A DNA stretch of 64,000 nt from Actinomycetes bacterium (GTDB lineage: Bacteria; Actinomycetota; Acidimicrobiia; Acidimicrobiales; GCA-2861595): assembly GCA_023264975.1 (NCBI GenBank), contig JAHFUS010000005.1:10771-74770 (forward strand), in the 5' to 3' direction. Below are positions 21,514 to 30,859 of the stretch, piece by piece. The translations under genes were made by a program, and so were the position numbers. Numbering within the stretch: position 1 is the first letter of the stretch; each line of letters starts with the position of its first letter. The notes under the pieces are model-generated. The model saw nothing but the letters and a program-made list of their open reading frames with translations, did no database searches and was not told the DNA's origin.

Positions 21514-22808
21514 GAGGCCTCCTGACACGTGAGGTGGCCCCAGCCGAGGGGGCTGAGCGAGGCGTAGACGACGGCGGCGGGCAGCTCGAAGGCGTCGAGG
21601 GCGGTGGCGGCGGCCACGTCGACCCGGTCGCCACCGAGCGCCCGTTCCATGGCGGGGAGCGACAGCCGCTCGTCGTAGTTGCCGGTGCTCACCATGGCGG
21701 TCGCCTTGGTGGGCGGCACCACGATCGACGGCCCGGTGCCGTCCGCCCCTGCCATCTCGGCGTAGAGGGCGACGGTGGGTATACCCAGCTCTTCGAGGGC
21801 GTCCATCTTGAGGGCCATGTCGGCGTCGGCGTTGCCGCCACCCTCCTTGGTGACGATGACGGCGTCGAACCCGGCCGCCTTGCACAGGCGGGCGGCGTGG
21901 GCGCTCACCAGTTCCTTGTTGGTGGCGTCGACCGGTTCGGGCGACAGCACCACGCCGGCGCAGAGCAGATCGACGCCGTGGCGGGCCCGCAGGGCGGCCA
22001 CCACCGGGTGGTTCTGGAACACCCAGGTGGGGTTCTTGAGGCTGGGGTGGCCCAGCTGACCGCTCACCACGGCGCCGTCGTCGAGGTCGCCCGGGTCGAT
22101 GAGGGTGGGCAGGGCGATGGAGCCGAAGCTGCGCCCGTAGACGAAGATCTCCTTGAACGTGCCCTGCGTCTGGAGGTTGGTGATGGCCGCCACCCGGGGC
22201 AGGCTCCGGTCGCCGGCATCGGGCAGCCCGGGCAGCTCCTCGACGGCATCGGGGGTGGCGCCCAGGGCCGCCTCGGCCAGTCGGGCGGCGAGAGCCAGCG
22301 AGCCATTGCGTAGCGCCTCGTAGACGGCCTCCCATGCCGCGCCGGGAGCGGGTGCGAACTCGACCACCAGGTTGTGGGTGGTGCCGAGGGGCGACAGTGG
22401 TGCGGCCGGCCCGGACATGTCGACCACGGCCTCCTGGGCCCGGGGCAGGAAACCGGCCGTCACCACCGCTGTGCCCCGCAGGACGTGCGTGGTGCCGCGA
22501 CCCTGGGGCATGGCGGGCCCGACGAAGCCCGGGAAGATACCTCCGCCACCCGGGCCCTTGGTGCGGGGCTCCACTGCATCCAGAACCTTCACGATTCGGG
22601 TCGAATCGCCCGGCGATGCCCAGGACACCCGTACCTCGGCCAGCGCAGGGTCGGCCACGAGGGCCGCAGCTTCGGCGGACGACACGGTGAGCGTACCGGC
22701 GTCGTACGTGGTCTGGTCACCGAGTGCGACGGCGCGCACAAGGTGGACCAGCCGGGTCAGACCTGTGCCGGAGCTGTCTCGTGCCGACGCACCACTCCTC
22801 GCGTCCAC
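21510..22808 (-). CDS. grdE: GrdE/GrdG/GrdI-like component B proprotein homolog
   Basis: DAVEPRTKGPGGGGIFPGFVGPAMPQGRGTTHVLRGTAVVTAGFLPRAQEAVVDMSGPAA...NLQTQGTFKEIFVYGRSFGSIALPTLIDPGDLDDGAVVSGQLGHPSLKNPTWVFQNHPVV; start overlaps grdB by 4 nt. Confidence 0.9.
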   Translation of the reverse strand: MDARSGASARDSSGTGLTRLVHLVRAVALGDQTTYDAGTLTVSSAEAAALVADPALAEVRVSWASPGDSTRIVKVLDAVEPRTKGPGGGGIFPGFVGPAMPQGRGTTHVLRGTAVVTAGFLPRAQEAVVDMSGPAAPLSPLGTTHNLVVEFAPAPGAAWEAVYEALRNGSLALAARLAEAALGATPDAVEELPGLPDAGDRSLPRVAAITNLQTQGTFKEIFVYGRSFGSIALPTLIDPGDLDDGAVVSGQLGHPSLKNPTWVFQNHPVVAALRARHGVDLLCAGVVLSPEPVDATNKELVSAHAARLCKAAGFDAVIVTKEGGGNADADMALKMDALEELGIPTVALYAEMAGADGTGPSIVVPPTKATAMVSTGNYDERLSLPAMERALGGDRVDVAAATALDAFELPAAVVYASLSPLGWGHLTCQEAS

Positions 22809-22880
22809 ACCCCAGTTGTACTCGCAGGAGGACCTGATCGAACAGTTCTCAAGGCCAGCCCTCTCCGTGCCGATAGCGAA

Positions 22881-23576
22881 GTGGGCGAAGTCTGGGAGGA
22901 CCGGAGCGTGGTTGCAGGGCTGTCCAGCCGGGTGCGGCGGCGGGTTCCCGCCGTGGTCATCGCCCTAGCGGTGCTGTGGGCCGTCGGCCTTGCGCTCTTG
23001 GAGCCCGCTGCCGCGGCCGGAGGGGGGCCTGGCGACGGCGACCCGATCGGGCCGCTCGCGCCCACGACGAACCTCCAGGTGACACCCCTCACCGTGCCGC
23101 CCGCGACGCTTCCGCCGGTGACCCTGCCACCCGTCCCGGTGGAGCCGTCGATCGCCGTGCCTCCGGTTCCGCTTCCCGACCTCCAGTCGCTCGTGCCCGG
23201 ACCCGCGCCGGCCGGGGTGTCCGAGGGCCAGACGGCGGCCGCACCCGATGCGGCGCCCACTCCGACGGACGTGGCGTCGGCGCCCGCCGCCTCGGATGCC
23301 CCGGCCGTCGCCAAAGCGCCGCCCAGTTCGCCCCACCCCGTGGCCCCGGTGGTGCGCACGCCGCCGGCGCCGGCGACGGTCCCGTCGGTCACCGGGCCAC
23401 TCCCGCTCCGCCTGCGCAACGCCGCATTGCAGACGGCCCGGCGGCTCTCCGTGCCCATGGGGCTGGCTGCCGCCATCGTGGTCTTCCTCGTGCTGCAACC
23501 CCGGCTCGACCGGAATGACCCGAACGTGGCCCACGCCGGCGTCAGCCGCGACGACGACCTCCTCGGTTTCCAGTGA
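22881..23576 (+). CDS. proline/alanine-rich membrane or secreted protein of unknown function
   Basis: Two hydrophobic segments (VPAVVIALAVLWAVGLALLEPAAAA; VPMGLAAAIVVFLVLQP) around a Pro-rich linker. Start uncertain; divergent from grdE. Confidence 0.55.
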   Translation: MGEVWEDRSVVAGLSSRVRRRVPAVVIALAVLWAVGLALLEPAAAAGGGPGDGDPIGPLAPTTNLQVTPLTVPPATLPPVTLPPVPVEPSIAVPPVPLPDLQSLVPGPAPAGVSEGQTAAAPDAAPTPTDVASAPAASDAPAVAKAPPSSPHPVAPVVRTPPAPATVPSVTGPLPLRLRNAALQTARRLSVPMGLAAAIVVFLVLQPRLDRNDPNVAHAGVSRDDDLLGFQ

Positions 23577-23661
23577 CCGGCCCCCGCCCCTGCTGGGCGC
23601 CGCTCCGGTCGGCGAACCGATGCGAACTTCACAGCGTTCTGCCGACCAGAACCGGTTGGCA

Positions 23662-25527
23662 GTGACGGGCCGGGTCGTGCGGGCCATCGAGGAGCGCGGT
23701 GTCGCGGCTCCCGGGGCCGAAGCAGCGCCGGAGACGAGTCGAGCCGCACAGTTCCTCCAGGAGCTGGCCGAGGTGGGGTGGACCGACGCTGCGTCAACGC
23801 CTCCCGACGGCGCCACGGTCCTGCCGGCCGAAGGCCGCCCCTTCGCGCGGAGGCGGGTGTTGAAGCCCGCCTCGCCGTCGGTGCCGTTCCCCATCGCCGT
23901 GTCGGAGCCGGCGCCGAAGCCGGCCGACGCCGAGGGACCGGCCGCGGCCGACCACGCCGTCGACCTGGCGCCGCTCCACCTGCGCCTCCTCATGCTCCAG
24001 GCCCTGCGGATCGCCCTCGCCGTCATAACCGCCACCACCGTCCTGGTCCTCCCCGGGCCGCTCGGGCCCGACCCAGGCCCCGGCCTGGCCGTTGTGAGCG
24101 TGGCCTACGCCCTGGTCTCCAGCGGCATCGAGCTGGCCCGTCGCCACATGGCCCTTCGGAGCGCGGCGCTGGTGGGCGGGCTGATCCTCTTCGACGGCGT
24201 CTACCTGGCCGTCGTCATGGCCGACACGGGTGGGCCCCAGAGCGTCCTGTCATTCCTGGTCCTGGTGCACGTGATCGCCGTCACCCTGCTCCTCTCCTTC
24301 CGCAACGGGCTGAAGGCGGCGCTGTGGCACGCCCTCCTGCTGTTCGTCGCGTCCTGGTTGACCCAGGCGGGCGTGGTGGACGCCCGGCCCGGCGGCAGCC
24401 CCGAGCAGGCCGCCGTGCTCGGCGCGTTGGCCCTGCTGGTGGTGGCCGTGGCCACCGCCTGGTTCTCGTCCCTGAACGAGGGTGAGCTGCGGCGGGGCAA
24501 GGCCGGGCTGCGGGCGCTGGCCGGGATGGGCGCCCGGATGGCCGGCAGCCGCGACCGCACCGAGTTGGTGCAGGCCCTGCTCGAAGCGGTGGCGGAAGCG
24601 TTCGGGCACCAGCGGGCCGCCGTGGTCGTCGCCGACGACGAGAGCCGTACCGCCACCGCCTACGTGATCGGCCGGTACGGATCGCTGGACAAGGCGGCCA
24701 CCGGCCCGGCCGGCAACGCCGTCGTGCGCCATTCGCTGAGCATCGTCGAGGGGGCCGCCGCCGTCGACCCGCTGCTCATGCGAGCCATCGACCCCGACCG
24801 CGACCACCTGCTGGCGGTCGCCCTTCCCGGTGCTGTCAACGTGATGGTCGCGCCCCTGGTGGTGGAGGGCCGTCCCATCGGCGCCCTGGCCGTGGAGCGG
24901 GGCGGCGGTCGCCGCACCCGGGTGACGGCCCGCACGGTCGACCTGCTCGGCCAGTTTGCCGCCCATGCCGCGCTGGCGTTGCGCGCCGCATCCCTTCAGG
25001 CCGAGGTGGAGCGCCTGGCCCGCACCGACGGTCTTACCGGCCTGGCCAATCGCCGCTCGTTCGAAGCCGCCCTCGAGCACGAGCTGGCCCAGGCCGTGCG
25101 CCGGGGGGAACCGTGCGGGCTGATCGTGGTCGATGTCGACCACTTCAAGGCGGTCAACGACACGTACGGGCACCAGACGGGCGACGAGGTCCTCGAGAAG
25201 GTGGCGTGGGCGCTCGCCGCCGCCGCCCGCACGACCGACCTGGTGGCCCGCTACGGCGGCGAGGAGTTCGCCGTCATCCTTCCGTCGTGCGACGGCATCG
25301 AGGCCGTTCAGGTGGCCGAGCGGCTGCGGGCGGCGGTGGCCGGGCAGGAGGGGGCAGTCGCCGTCACCGTCAGCGCCGGCGTCGCCGTGTTCCCGGCCGA
25401 CGGCAGCGACGGCTCGTCGCTCGTGGCGGCGGCCGACAAGGCGCTCTACAAGGCCAAGCGGCAGGGTCGTGACCGCACCGTGCGCTACCGCCGTCCCCGC
25501 CCCGCTGCCGCTGCCGCTGCCTCGTAG
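23662..25527 (+). CDS. membrane diguanylate cyclase (GGDEF domain)
   Basis: Multiple TM segments, GAF-like middle, LARTDGLTGLANRRSFEAAL...RTTDLVARYGGEEFAVILPSCDG. Confidence 0.92.
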   Translation: MTGRVVRAIEERGVAAPGAEAAPETSRAAQFLQELAEVGWTDAASTPPDGATVLPAEGRPFARRRVLKPASPSVPFPIAVSEPAPKPADAEGPAAADHAVDLAPLHLRLLMLQALRIALAVITATTVLVLPGPLGPDPGPGLAVVSVAYALVSSGIELARRHMALRSAALVGGLILFDGVYLAVVMADTGGPQSVLSFLVLVHVIAVTLLLSFRNGLKAALWHALLLFVASWLTQAGVVDARPGGSPEQAAVLGALALLVVAVATAWFSSLNEGELRRGKAGLRALAGMGARMAGSRDRTELVQALLEAVAEAFGHQRAAVVVADDESRTATAYVIGRYGSLDKAATGPAGNAVVRHSLSIVEGAAAVDPLLMRAIDPDRDHLLAVALPGAVNVMVAPLVVEGRPIGALAVERGGGRRTRVTARTVDLLGQFAAHAALALRAASLQAEVERLARTDGLTGLANRRSFEAALEHELAQAVRRGEPCGLIVVDVDHFKAVNDTYGHQTGDEVLEKVAWALAAAARTTDLVARYGGEEFAVILPSCDGIEAVQVAERLRAAVAGQEGAVAVTVSAGVAVFPADGSDGSSLVAAADKALYKAKRQGRDRTVRYRRPRPAAAAAAS

Positions 25528-25593
25528 GCGCGGGAGGCGTCGTAGGCTCGGCCTCCCGTGGCGGCCGCCGCCGGCGGCCAGCAAGGAGCGCCC

Positions 25594-26013
25594 ATGAGCC
25601 CGGAGATGGCCAAGACCGACGAGGAATGGCGCCGGCAGCTGACGCCCGAGCAGTTCCGGGTCCTGCGTCAGAAGGGGACCGAGCGGGCGTTCACCGGCAA
25701 GTACGTCGACGCCAAGGACGACGGCACCTACCGGTGCGCGGCGTGCGGCGCCGCTCTGTTCATGTCGGGCACCAAGTTCGAGTCCGGCACAGGCTGGCCG
25801 AGCTTCACCGAGCCGGCGGTGGCCGAGGCGGTCGAGCTGATCAAGGACCGCAGCCACGGCATGGTGCGCACCGAGGTGGTGTGCCGCAACTGTGGTGGCC
25901 ACCTGGGCCACGTGTTCGACGACGGCCCCGGCCCCGGCGGCCAGCGATTCTGCATCAACTCCGCCTCGCTGGATCTCGACACCGACGCGCCGCCGCCGCT
26001 GCCCGGGGTCTGA
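25594..26013 (+). CDS. msrB: peptide-methionine (R)-S-oxide reductase
   Basis: [26 protein letters not shown]...[24 protein letters not shown]...[16 protein letters not shown]...[12 protein letters not shown] at 25558 is an alternative start. Confidence 0.95.
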   Translation: MSPEMAKTDEEWRRQLTPEQFRVLRQKGTERAFTGKYVDAKDDGTYRCAACGAALFMSGTKFESGTGWPSFTEPAVAEAVELIKDRSHGMVRTEVVCRNCGGHLGHVFDDGPGPGGQRFCINSASLDLDTDAPPPLPGV

Positions 26014-26041
26014 GCCACCTGGGGGGCCGTAGGATCGGCCA

Positions 26042-26878
26042 GTGCCCCGCATCGTCGACATCCTCCCGTCCTTCGAGGAGTACGCCCGGAAGACGTTCGT
26101 CGACTCGCCGATGGTGCGCGAGTCGCGCTGGAAGGACCTCTACGAGAGCGCCAACCCCGAGATCTTCGAGGCGTTCTACGCCGGTCAGGGGGACACGGTG
26201 GGCAAGTCGGCGGTGGTGCGCGAGCTCACCATCGTGCGGGACCGGGTGAGCGAGGGCGGTCCCGTGCTCCACCGGGTGATCGAGGAGGTGGAGCCGGCCG
26301 TGCGCGACGTACTCGGCCTGGCTCCCACACCCGATCCGCTGCACGTCCTCATGGTCGGGCCCTACTCGGTCAACGTGCTGGTCGGCTCGATGGGCGACGA
26401 GGTTGCGGTCTTCCACTGCCTGGAGTGGTTCCAGTCCGAGGCGGGCAGCCGGGTCCTGGTGGCCCATGAGGACGCCCACGCCTGGCACCGGATCGTGCTC
26501 GGCGCCGTGCCCCCCGAGAGTGATGCGGTATGGACGACGTTCTCCGAGGGGCTGGCCACGCTCGTTTCCCGCCAGGTCGTGGCGGACCGCCCGGAGGAGG
26601 ACTACTTCTGGTTCGGCCACGAGGGCTTCGAGGACTGGCTGCCGTGGTGCGTGGAGCACCGGGCCGAGCTGGTGGCCCGCTTCCGCGACGAGCTCGACGC
26701 CGAGGGCACGGCCGACACGTTCTTCGGCTCAGGTCTGGTGGAGAAGCGCTGGCGGGTCGGGTACTACCTGGCCGATCTCGTGGTTGGGGCGATGGAGCGC
26801 ACCCTGCCCGAGCTGGTCGCACTGACCGTGGACGAAGCGCGCGACGCCGTGCGAGAGGCGCTTGCGAATCTCACTTGA
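26042..26878 (+). CDS. putative DUF2268-like Zn-dependent protease/hypothetical
   Basis: 278 aa with VAHEDAHAWHRIVLG resembling a metallohydrolase helix and downstream EGLATLVSRQV. Confidence 0.55.
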   Translation: MPRIVDILPSFEEYARKTFVDSPMVRESRWKDLYESANPEIFEAFYAGQGDTVGKSAVVRELTIVRDRVSEGGPVLHRVIEEVEPAVRDVLGLAPTPDPLHVLMVGPYSVNVLVGSMGDEVAVFHCLEWFQSEAGSRVLVAHEDAHAWHRIVLGAVPPESDAVWTTFSEGLATLVSRQVVADRPEEDYFWFGHEGFEDWLPWCVEHRAELVARFRDELDAEGTADTFFGSGLVEKRWRVGYYLADLVVGAMERTLPELVALTVDEARDAVREALANLT

Positions 26879-26970
26879 CCTGGCCCCAAGGGCCAGGTTC
26901 TACCCTTCTCTCCAGATGCGATCCCCCGACGCGATGCCGGGGTGCTCTGCATCGGAGGAGGAGTTCCAGC

Positions 26971-27171
26971 ATGACGATGACGACCGGCTGCTCCTGCGGC
27001 TGCAGTTCCATGACGTCTCTCACGGCCGCCGCCGAGCCCTGCGGCTGCGGGTGCGAGTGCTGCGGCGCCGCGGCCAAGTCCCGCGAGGACGAGATCACCG
27101 AGCTGCACAACCTGCGGGCGGCCATCGAGACACGCCTGTCCGAGCTCTCGACCGACCCCGTCCCGGGGTAA
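26971..27171 (+). CDS. small cysteine-rich protein (66 aa)
   Basis: ATG after ggaggagga RBS; MTMTTGCSCGCSSMTSLTAAAEPCGCGCECCGAAAKSREDEITELHNLRAAIETRLSELSTDPVPG. Confidence 0.65.
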   Translation: MTMTTGCSCGCSSMTSLTAAAEPCGCGCECCGAAAKSREDEITELHNLRAAIETRLSELSTDPVPG

Positions 27172-27193
27172 CCCGAGGATGTCCGGGCGGCGA

Positions 27194-27242
27194 CGAGGCC
27201 GGCCGGAGCCGGCTGATCCCCCGGCCGGCCCGGCCGGCCTCG
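27194..27242. terminator. GC-rich inverted repeat between convergent genes, candidate bidirectional terminator
   Basis: cgaggccggccgg ... ccggccggcctcg, 13-bp perfect arms, after the Cys-rich ORF stop and before the convergent gene ending at 27371. Confidence 0.45.
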
Positions 27243-27370
27243 CGCGCACCCGCGGGCCAGGCCCGCCGGCCGGGGACCCTCCCGCGCGAGTGACCCGTGC
27301 CGGCCTCGCGCTCGCGTGAAGATCCACCGTCATGTCGTCGACGGCTCCCTGGGGGCGGACTGATCGCCCG

Positions 27371-28519
27371 CTACGCCCCGTCCGGCAACGCCGTCGCCGC
27401 CATCGGGGCGGTGACATCGAGGCGGTAGCCCCGACCGGGGCTGGGCCGGAGCGCCGCTCCGCACGGCCCCAGGCGTCGGCGCAGGCGGGTGATGGTGGCC
27501 TCCAGGAGATGGGGGTCGGCGGTGGGCGATCCCCAGAGCTTCTGGAGGAGCACGGGCCGGGACACCACCGCCCCGGGCCGGTTGGCCAGCAGGGCGAACA
27601 CGGCCTGCTCCAGCGGCGGCATCTCCACCGTGCGATCGCCGATCTGCACGGCGAAGCCCTGCACCACCACCTCGGTCCCGGCCAGCACCAGGGTGCGCCG
27701 GCGGTCCTCGAACCGATCGCTCAGGGCCCGGATCATCAGCCCGAGGCGCCCGATCGCCGGCTCGACCGGAGCCTCGATGCCCTCGTCGCGGGCCACGCCG
27801 GCGCACACCGCCCCGACGCAGGCGGCGACCAGGCCGCCCGAGTTGAACGCCCGGCGCAGGTGCTGGTCGCGGTTGTGATGGGCGGCGACAGCGAAGAGGT
27901 TCTGGACAGCGGGGGCGCTGGTGAACGTCACGGCATCGACCCGCCCGTCACAGGCGGCGTCCACCAGGCGCAGGGCGGGGCCGGTGTCGTCGGGCATCCG
28001 CCAGCGGTAGACCGGCACCTCGACCACGTCGGCGCCCCGCTTTCGAAGCGCCAGGGTGATGTCGACCGCCTCCGCACCAGCCTCCTGTACTGCGACTCGC
28101 TTGCCCTCGAGGGACTCGGCCAGGAGTAGGGGCAGCAGCTGGTCGAGGCGCTCGTTGGGGGACGACTGCCATACGGTCATCCCCGCCGCCTGCACGGCGC
28201 CGGCCGACTTGGGCCCCCGGGCCACGATCCGGGCCGGCGTGAGGGCTGAAAGCAGCGCCTCACCCATGCCCCAGGCCTGGGCTGCCTCCAGCCACGCCCG
28301 CATGCCGATCCCGGTGGTGGCCACCAGGTAGTCCGGCGGCTCGCCGGCCACCGAAGCGGTGGCGGAACGCAGCGCTTCGTCGGAGGCCAGGTACTGGGTG
28401 GCGATGCTCGGCCCGTGCAGGACACGGGCCCCGCGCCGGCGCAACAACTCGGCCTGGTCCTCCCAGCGGCGGTCGGCGGTGACGCCCACGGTGTAGCCCT
28501 CCAGGGGGCGCAACGGCAT
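27371..28519 (-). CDS. bifunctional uroporphyrinogen-III synthase-like / winged-helix response regulator-type protein
   Basis: HemD-like N-terminus (PLEGYTVGVTADRRWEDQAELLRRRGARVLHGP...VDAVTFTSAPAVQNL) fused to an OmpR-type DNA-binding domain (AVFALLANRPGAVVSRPVLLQKLWGSP...TRLRRRLG...GRGYRL). Confidence 0.88.
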   Translation of the reverse strand: MPLRPLEGYTVGVTADRRWEDQAELLRRRGARVLHGPSIATQYLASDEALRSATASVAGEPPDYLVATTGIGMRAWLEAAQAWGMGEALLSALTPARIVARGPKSAGAVQAAGMTVWQSSPNERLDQLLPLLLAESLEGKRVAVQEAGAEAVDITLALRKRGADVVEVPVYRWRMPDDTGPALRLVDAACDGRVDAVTFTSAPAVQNLFAVAAHHNRDQHLRRAFNSGGLVAACVGAVCAGVARDEGIEAPVEPAIGRLGLMIRALSDRFEDRRRTLVLAGTEVVVQGFAVQIGDRTVEMPPLEQAVFALLANRPGAVVSRPVLLQKLWGSPTADPHLLEATITRLRRRLGPCGAALRPSPGRGYRLDVTAPMAATALPDGA

Positions 28520-28617
28520 TCCCCAATCCTGGGGGGGAGGTGTTACCAACTTGTTTCTGCCGCCCTGGTATCGGGGTGAAATCCGTCTGAACGGCGGCTG
28601 TACGCGTCGTGTCGTGC

Positions 28618-30849
28618 TCACATGCGCTCGATCCGTACGGCCGCCTGTTTGTAGTTGGGTTCGCGCGAGATCGGGTCGAACTCATCGACGGTGAGGCGGT
28701 TTGCGCAGCGCTCGTCGTAGTGGAAGGGCACGAACACCTCGCCCTCGCGCACGATGGCCGTTACCCGCACCAGCAGGTCGTCCACCACGCCCCGCCGCGA
28801 CGCCAGCCGCACCAGGTCGCCGGAGCCGAGGCCGAGGTGCTCCGCGTCGACCGGGTTGATCTCCACCCACGCCTCCGGCGCAAGGTGGTCGAGCACCGCC
28901 ACCCGGCCGGTCTTGGTGCGGGTGTGCCAGTGCTCGACGGTGCGACCGGTGTTCAACAGGAACGGGTAGCGGGAGCTCGGGGCGTCGCTGATGGGCTGCG
29001 GGGTGACGCACCACAGCTTCGCCCTGCCGCTCGGCGTCTGGAACACGCCGTCGGCGTAGATGCGTGGGGTGCCTCCCACCGCCTCCGTCTCCGGCGTGCA
29101 CGGCCACTGGACGCCGCCCGCGGCGTCGATGCGGTCGTACGTGATGCCGCTGTAGTCACACAGCCGCCCGGCCGACACCCGGGCCCATTCGATGAACGCG
29201 TCCTCGGGTGTGGTCCACCCCGGGTAGAGCTCGCCGGCCATGCCGAATGCCTGGGCCATGGCGAGGAAGATGTCGAAGTCGGCCTTGGCCTGGCCCGGCG
29301 GCTCGACCGCTTTGCGGACCCGGGAGACCCGGCGCTCGGCGTTGGTGTAGGTGCCGTCCTTCTCGCCCCAGATGGCGGCGGGGAGCACCACATCGGCCAT
29401 GGCGGTGGTGGGCGTGGCGAAGCCGTCCTGCACGACGAACAGGTCGAGCTTGCGGATGGCCGCCTCCAGGCGGGCCCGGTTCGGGAAGGACACCACCGGG
29501 TTGGTGGCGATGACCCAAAGCCCCTTGATGGTGCCGTCGAGGACGCCGTCGATGATGTCGGGGTAGGCCCGGCCCCGCTCGGTGGGGAGGCGATCGGCGG
29601 GCACGCCCCACAGGGCCGCCATCTCAGCCCGGGCGGCCGGGTCGTCCCAGTTGCGGTAGCCGGGCAGCGATGCGGTGCCGCCCGCCTCCCGGGTGCCCAT
29701 GGCGTTGCACTGGCCGGTGAGGGAGAAGGGGGCGGCGCCGGCCCGACCCACATTGCCCGTCACCAGGCACAGGGTGTTGAGCAGCGTGACGGTCTCGGTG
29801 CCCTGCACCGAGTGGTTGACGCCCATCGTCCACGCCACGAAGGCCCGCTCGGCCCTACCGAAGGCGAGGGCCGCCTCCCGGATCTGATCGGCCGGCACGC
29901 CGCAGTCGACCGCCACCCGGTCGAGGTCGTAGGCGGCCACGTGGGCGGCCAGCTCGGCGAAGCCCTCGGTGTGGGCGTCGACGTAAGCCCGGTCGACAAG
30001 GCCCTCGTCGATGATCACCTTCAGCATCCCGTTGACCAGGGCGATGTCGCTGCGGGGCCGGACGGCCAGGTGGAGGTCGGCGACCATGGCCGTCTTGGTG
30101 ACGCGCGGGTCGACCACGATCACGGTGGCGCCGGCGTTGTCGAGCACGCGGGGCGCCAGCAGCGGATGGTTGTCGGCCACGTTGGCGCCGACGAGCAGGA
30201 TTACGTCGGCCTGCTCGAGGTCCTCATAGGCGCCCGGCGGGCCGTCGCTGCCGAAGCTGCGCTTGTAACCGGCCACCGCGCTCGACATGCACAGCGTGGT
30301 GTTGCCGTCGTAGTGGCGCAGGCCCAGGCCGCCCCGGCACAGCTTGCCAAGGGCGTAGAACTCCTCGGTCACCAGTTGGCCGGTGCTGATGACGGCCACC
30401 GCCTCGGGCCCGTGCTCGTGCAGCAGCCGGTTGAAGCCCACGACGGTGGCGCCCAGCGCCTCGTCCCAGGTGGCCGGCTCCTGGGCGCCGCCCGCCGACC
30501 TGCGAAGGAGGGGAGTGGTGAGTCGCCCTTGTGCGGCAAGGGTCTGGTGCTCGGAGAGGCCCTTAGGGCACAGGCGACCCGCGTTCACCGGGTGGTCGGG
30601 ATCGCCCTGAACCGCCACCGCAATGCCGTCCTTGACACCCACGAACATGCCGCACCCCACCGCGCAGTAGCCGCACGTCGTGCGCACCCACGTGTCGGGT
30701 TTTCGGGTCTCGTTCAGCGTTCCGAACCGGTCGTCGGCCACGTACGCCCGCGGCGACGTGCTGGCCGCCCGTGCCGCGTCGGCCGCTTCCTCGGACCGGG
30801 TCCCCAGCCCGAGCAGCCGGGTGAGGGCGGCTCCCCCCGGCCGGCTCAC
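28618..30849 (-). CDS. assimilatory nitrate reductase catalytic subunit (molybdopterin oxidoreductase)
   Basis: TWVRTTCGYCAVGCGMFVGVKDG [4Fe-4S], GNTTLCMSSAVAGYKRSFGSDGPPGAYEDLEQADVILLVGANVADNHPL, GQCNAMGTREAG; operon with nirBD/narK. Confidence 0.9.
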   Translation of the reverse strand: MSRPGGAALTRLLGLGTRSEEAADAARAASTSPRAYVADDRFGTLNETRKPDTWVRTTCGYCAVGCGMFVGVKDGIAVAVQGDPDHPVNAGRLCPKGLSEHQTLAAQGRLTTPLLRRSAGGAQEPATWDEALGATVVGFNRLLHEHGPEAVAVISTGQLVTEEFYALGKLCRGGLGLRHYDGNTTLCMSSAVAGYKRSFGSDGPPGAYEDLEQADVILLVGANVADNHPLLAPRVLDNAGATVIVVDPRVTKTAMVADLHLAVRPRSDIALVNGMLKVIIDEGLVDRAYVDAHTEGFAELAAHVAAYDLDRVAVDCGVPADQIREAALAFGRAERAFVAWTMGVNHSVQGTETVTLLNTLCLVTGNVGRAGAAPFSLTGQCNAMGTREAGGTASLPGYRNWDDPAARAEMAALWGVPADRLPTERGRAYPDIIDGVLDGTIKGLWVIATNPVVSFPNRARLEAAIRKLDLFVVQDGFATPTTAMADVVLPAAIWGEKDGTYTNAERRVSRVRKAVEPPGQAKADFDIFLAMAQAFGMAGELYPGWTTPEDAFIEWARVSAGRLCDYSGITYDRIDAAGGVQWPCTPETEAVGGTPRIYADGVFQTPSGRAKLWCVTPQPISDAPSSRYPFLLNTGRTVEHWHTRTKTGRVAVLDHLAPEAWVEINPVDAEHLGLGSGDLVRLASRRGVVDDLLVRVTAIVREGEVFVPFHYDERCANRLTVDEFDPISREPNYKQAAVRIERM

Positions 30850-30859
30850 GGCCCGGCCG

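Noticed and set aside
20132-21634. 500-aa minus-strand ORF covering grdB
   Set aside because: Arg/His/Gly-rich alternative frame; the true grdB is in the frame of 20485..22335 plus 20209..20445 joined at the UGA.
28618-30849. Formate dehydrogenase annotation for the molybdoenzyme, possible third selenoprotein
   Set aside because: The Mo-ligand region is TTLCMSS with Cys, no in-frame UGA, and the operon context is narK-nirBD.
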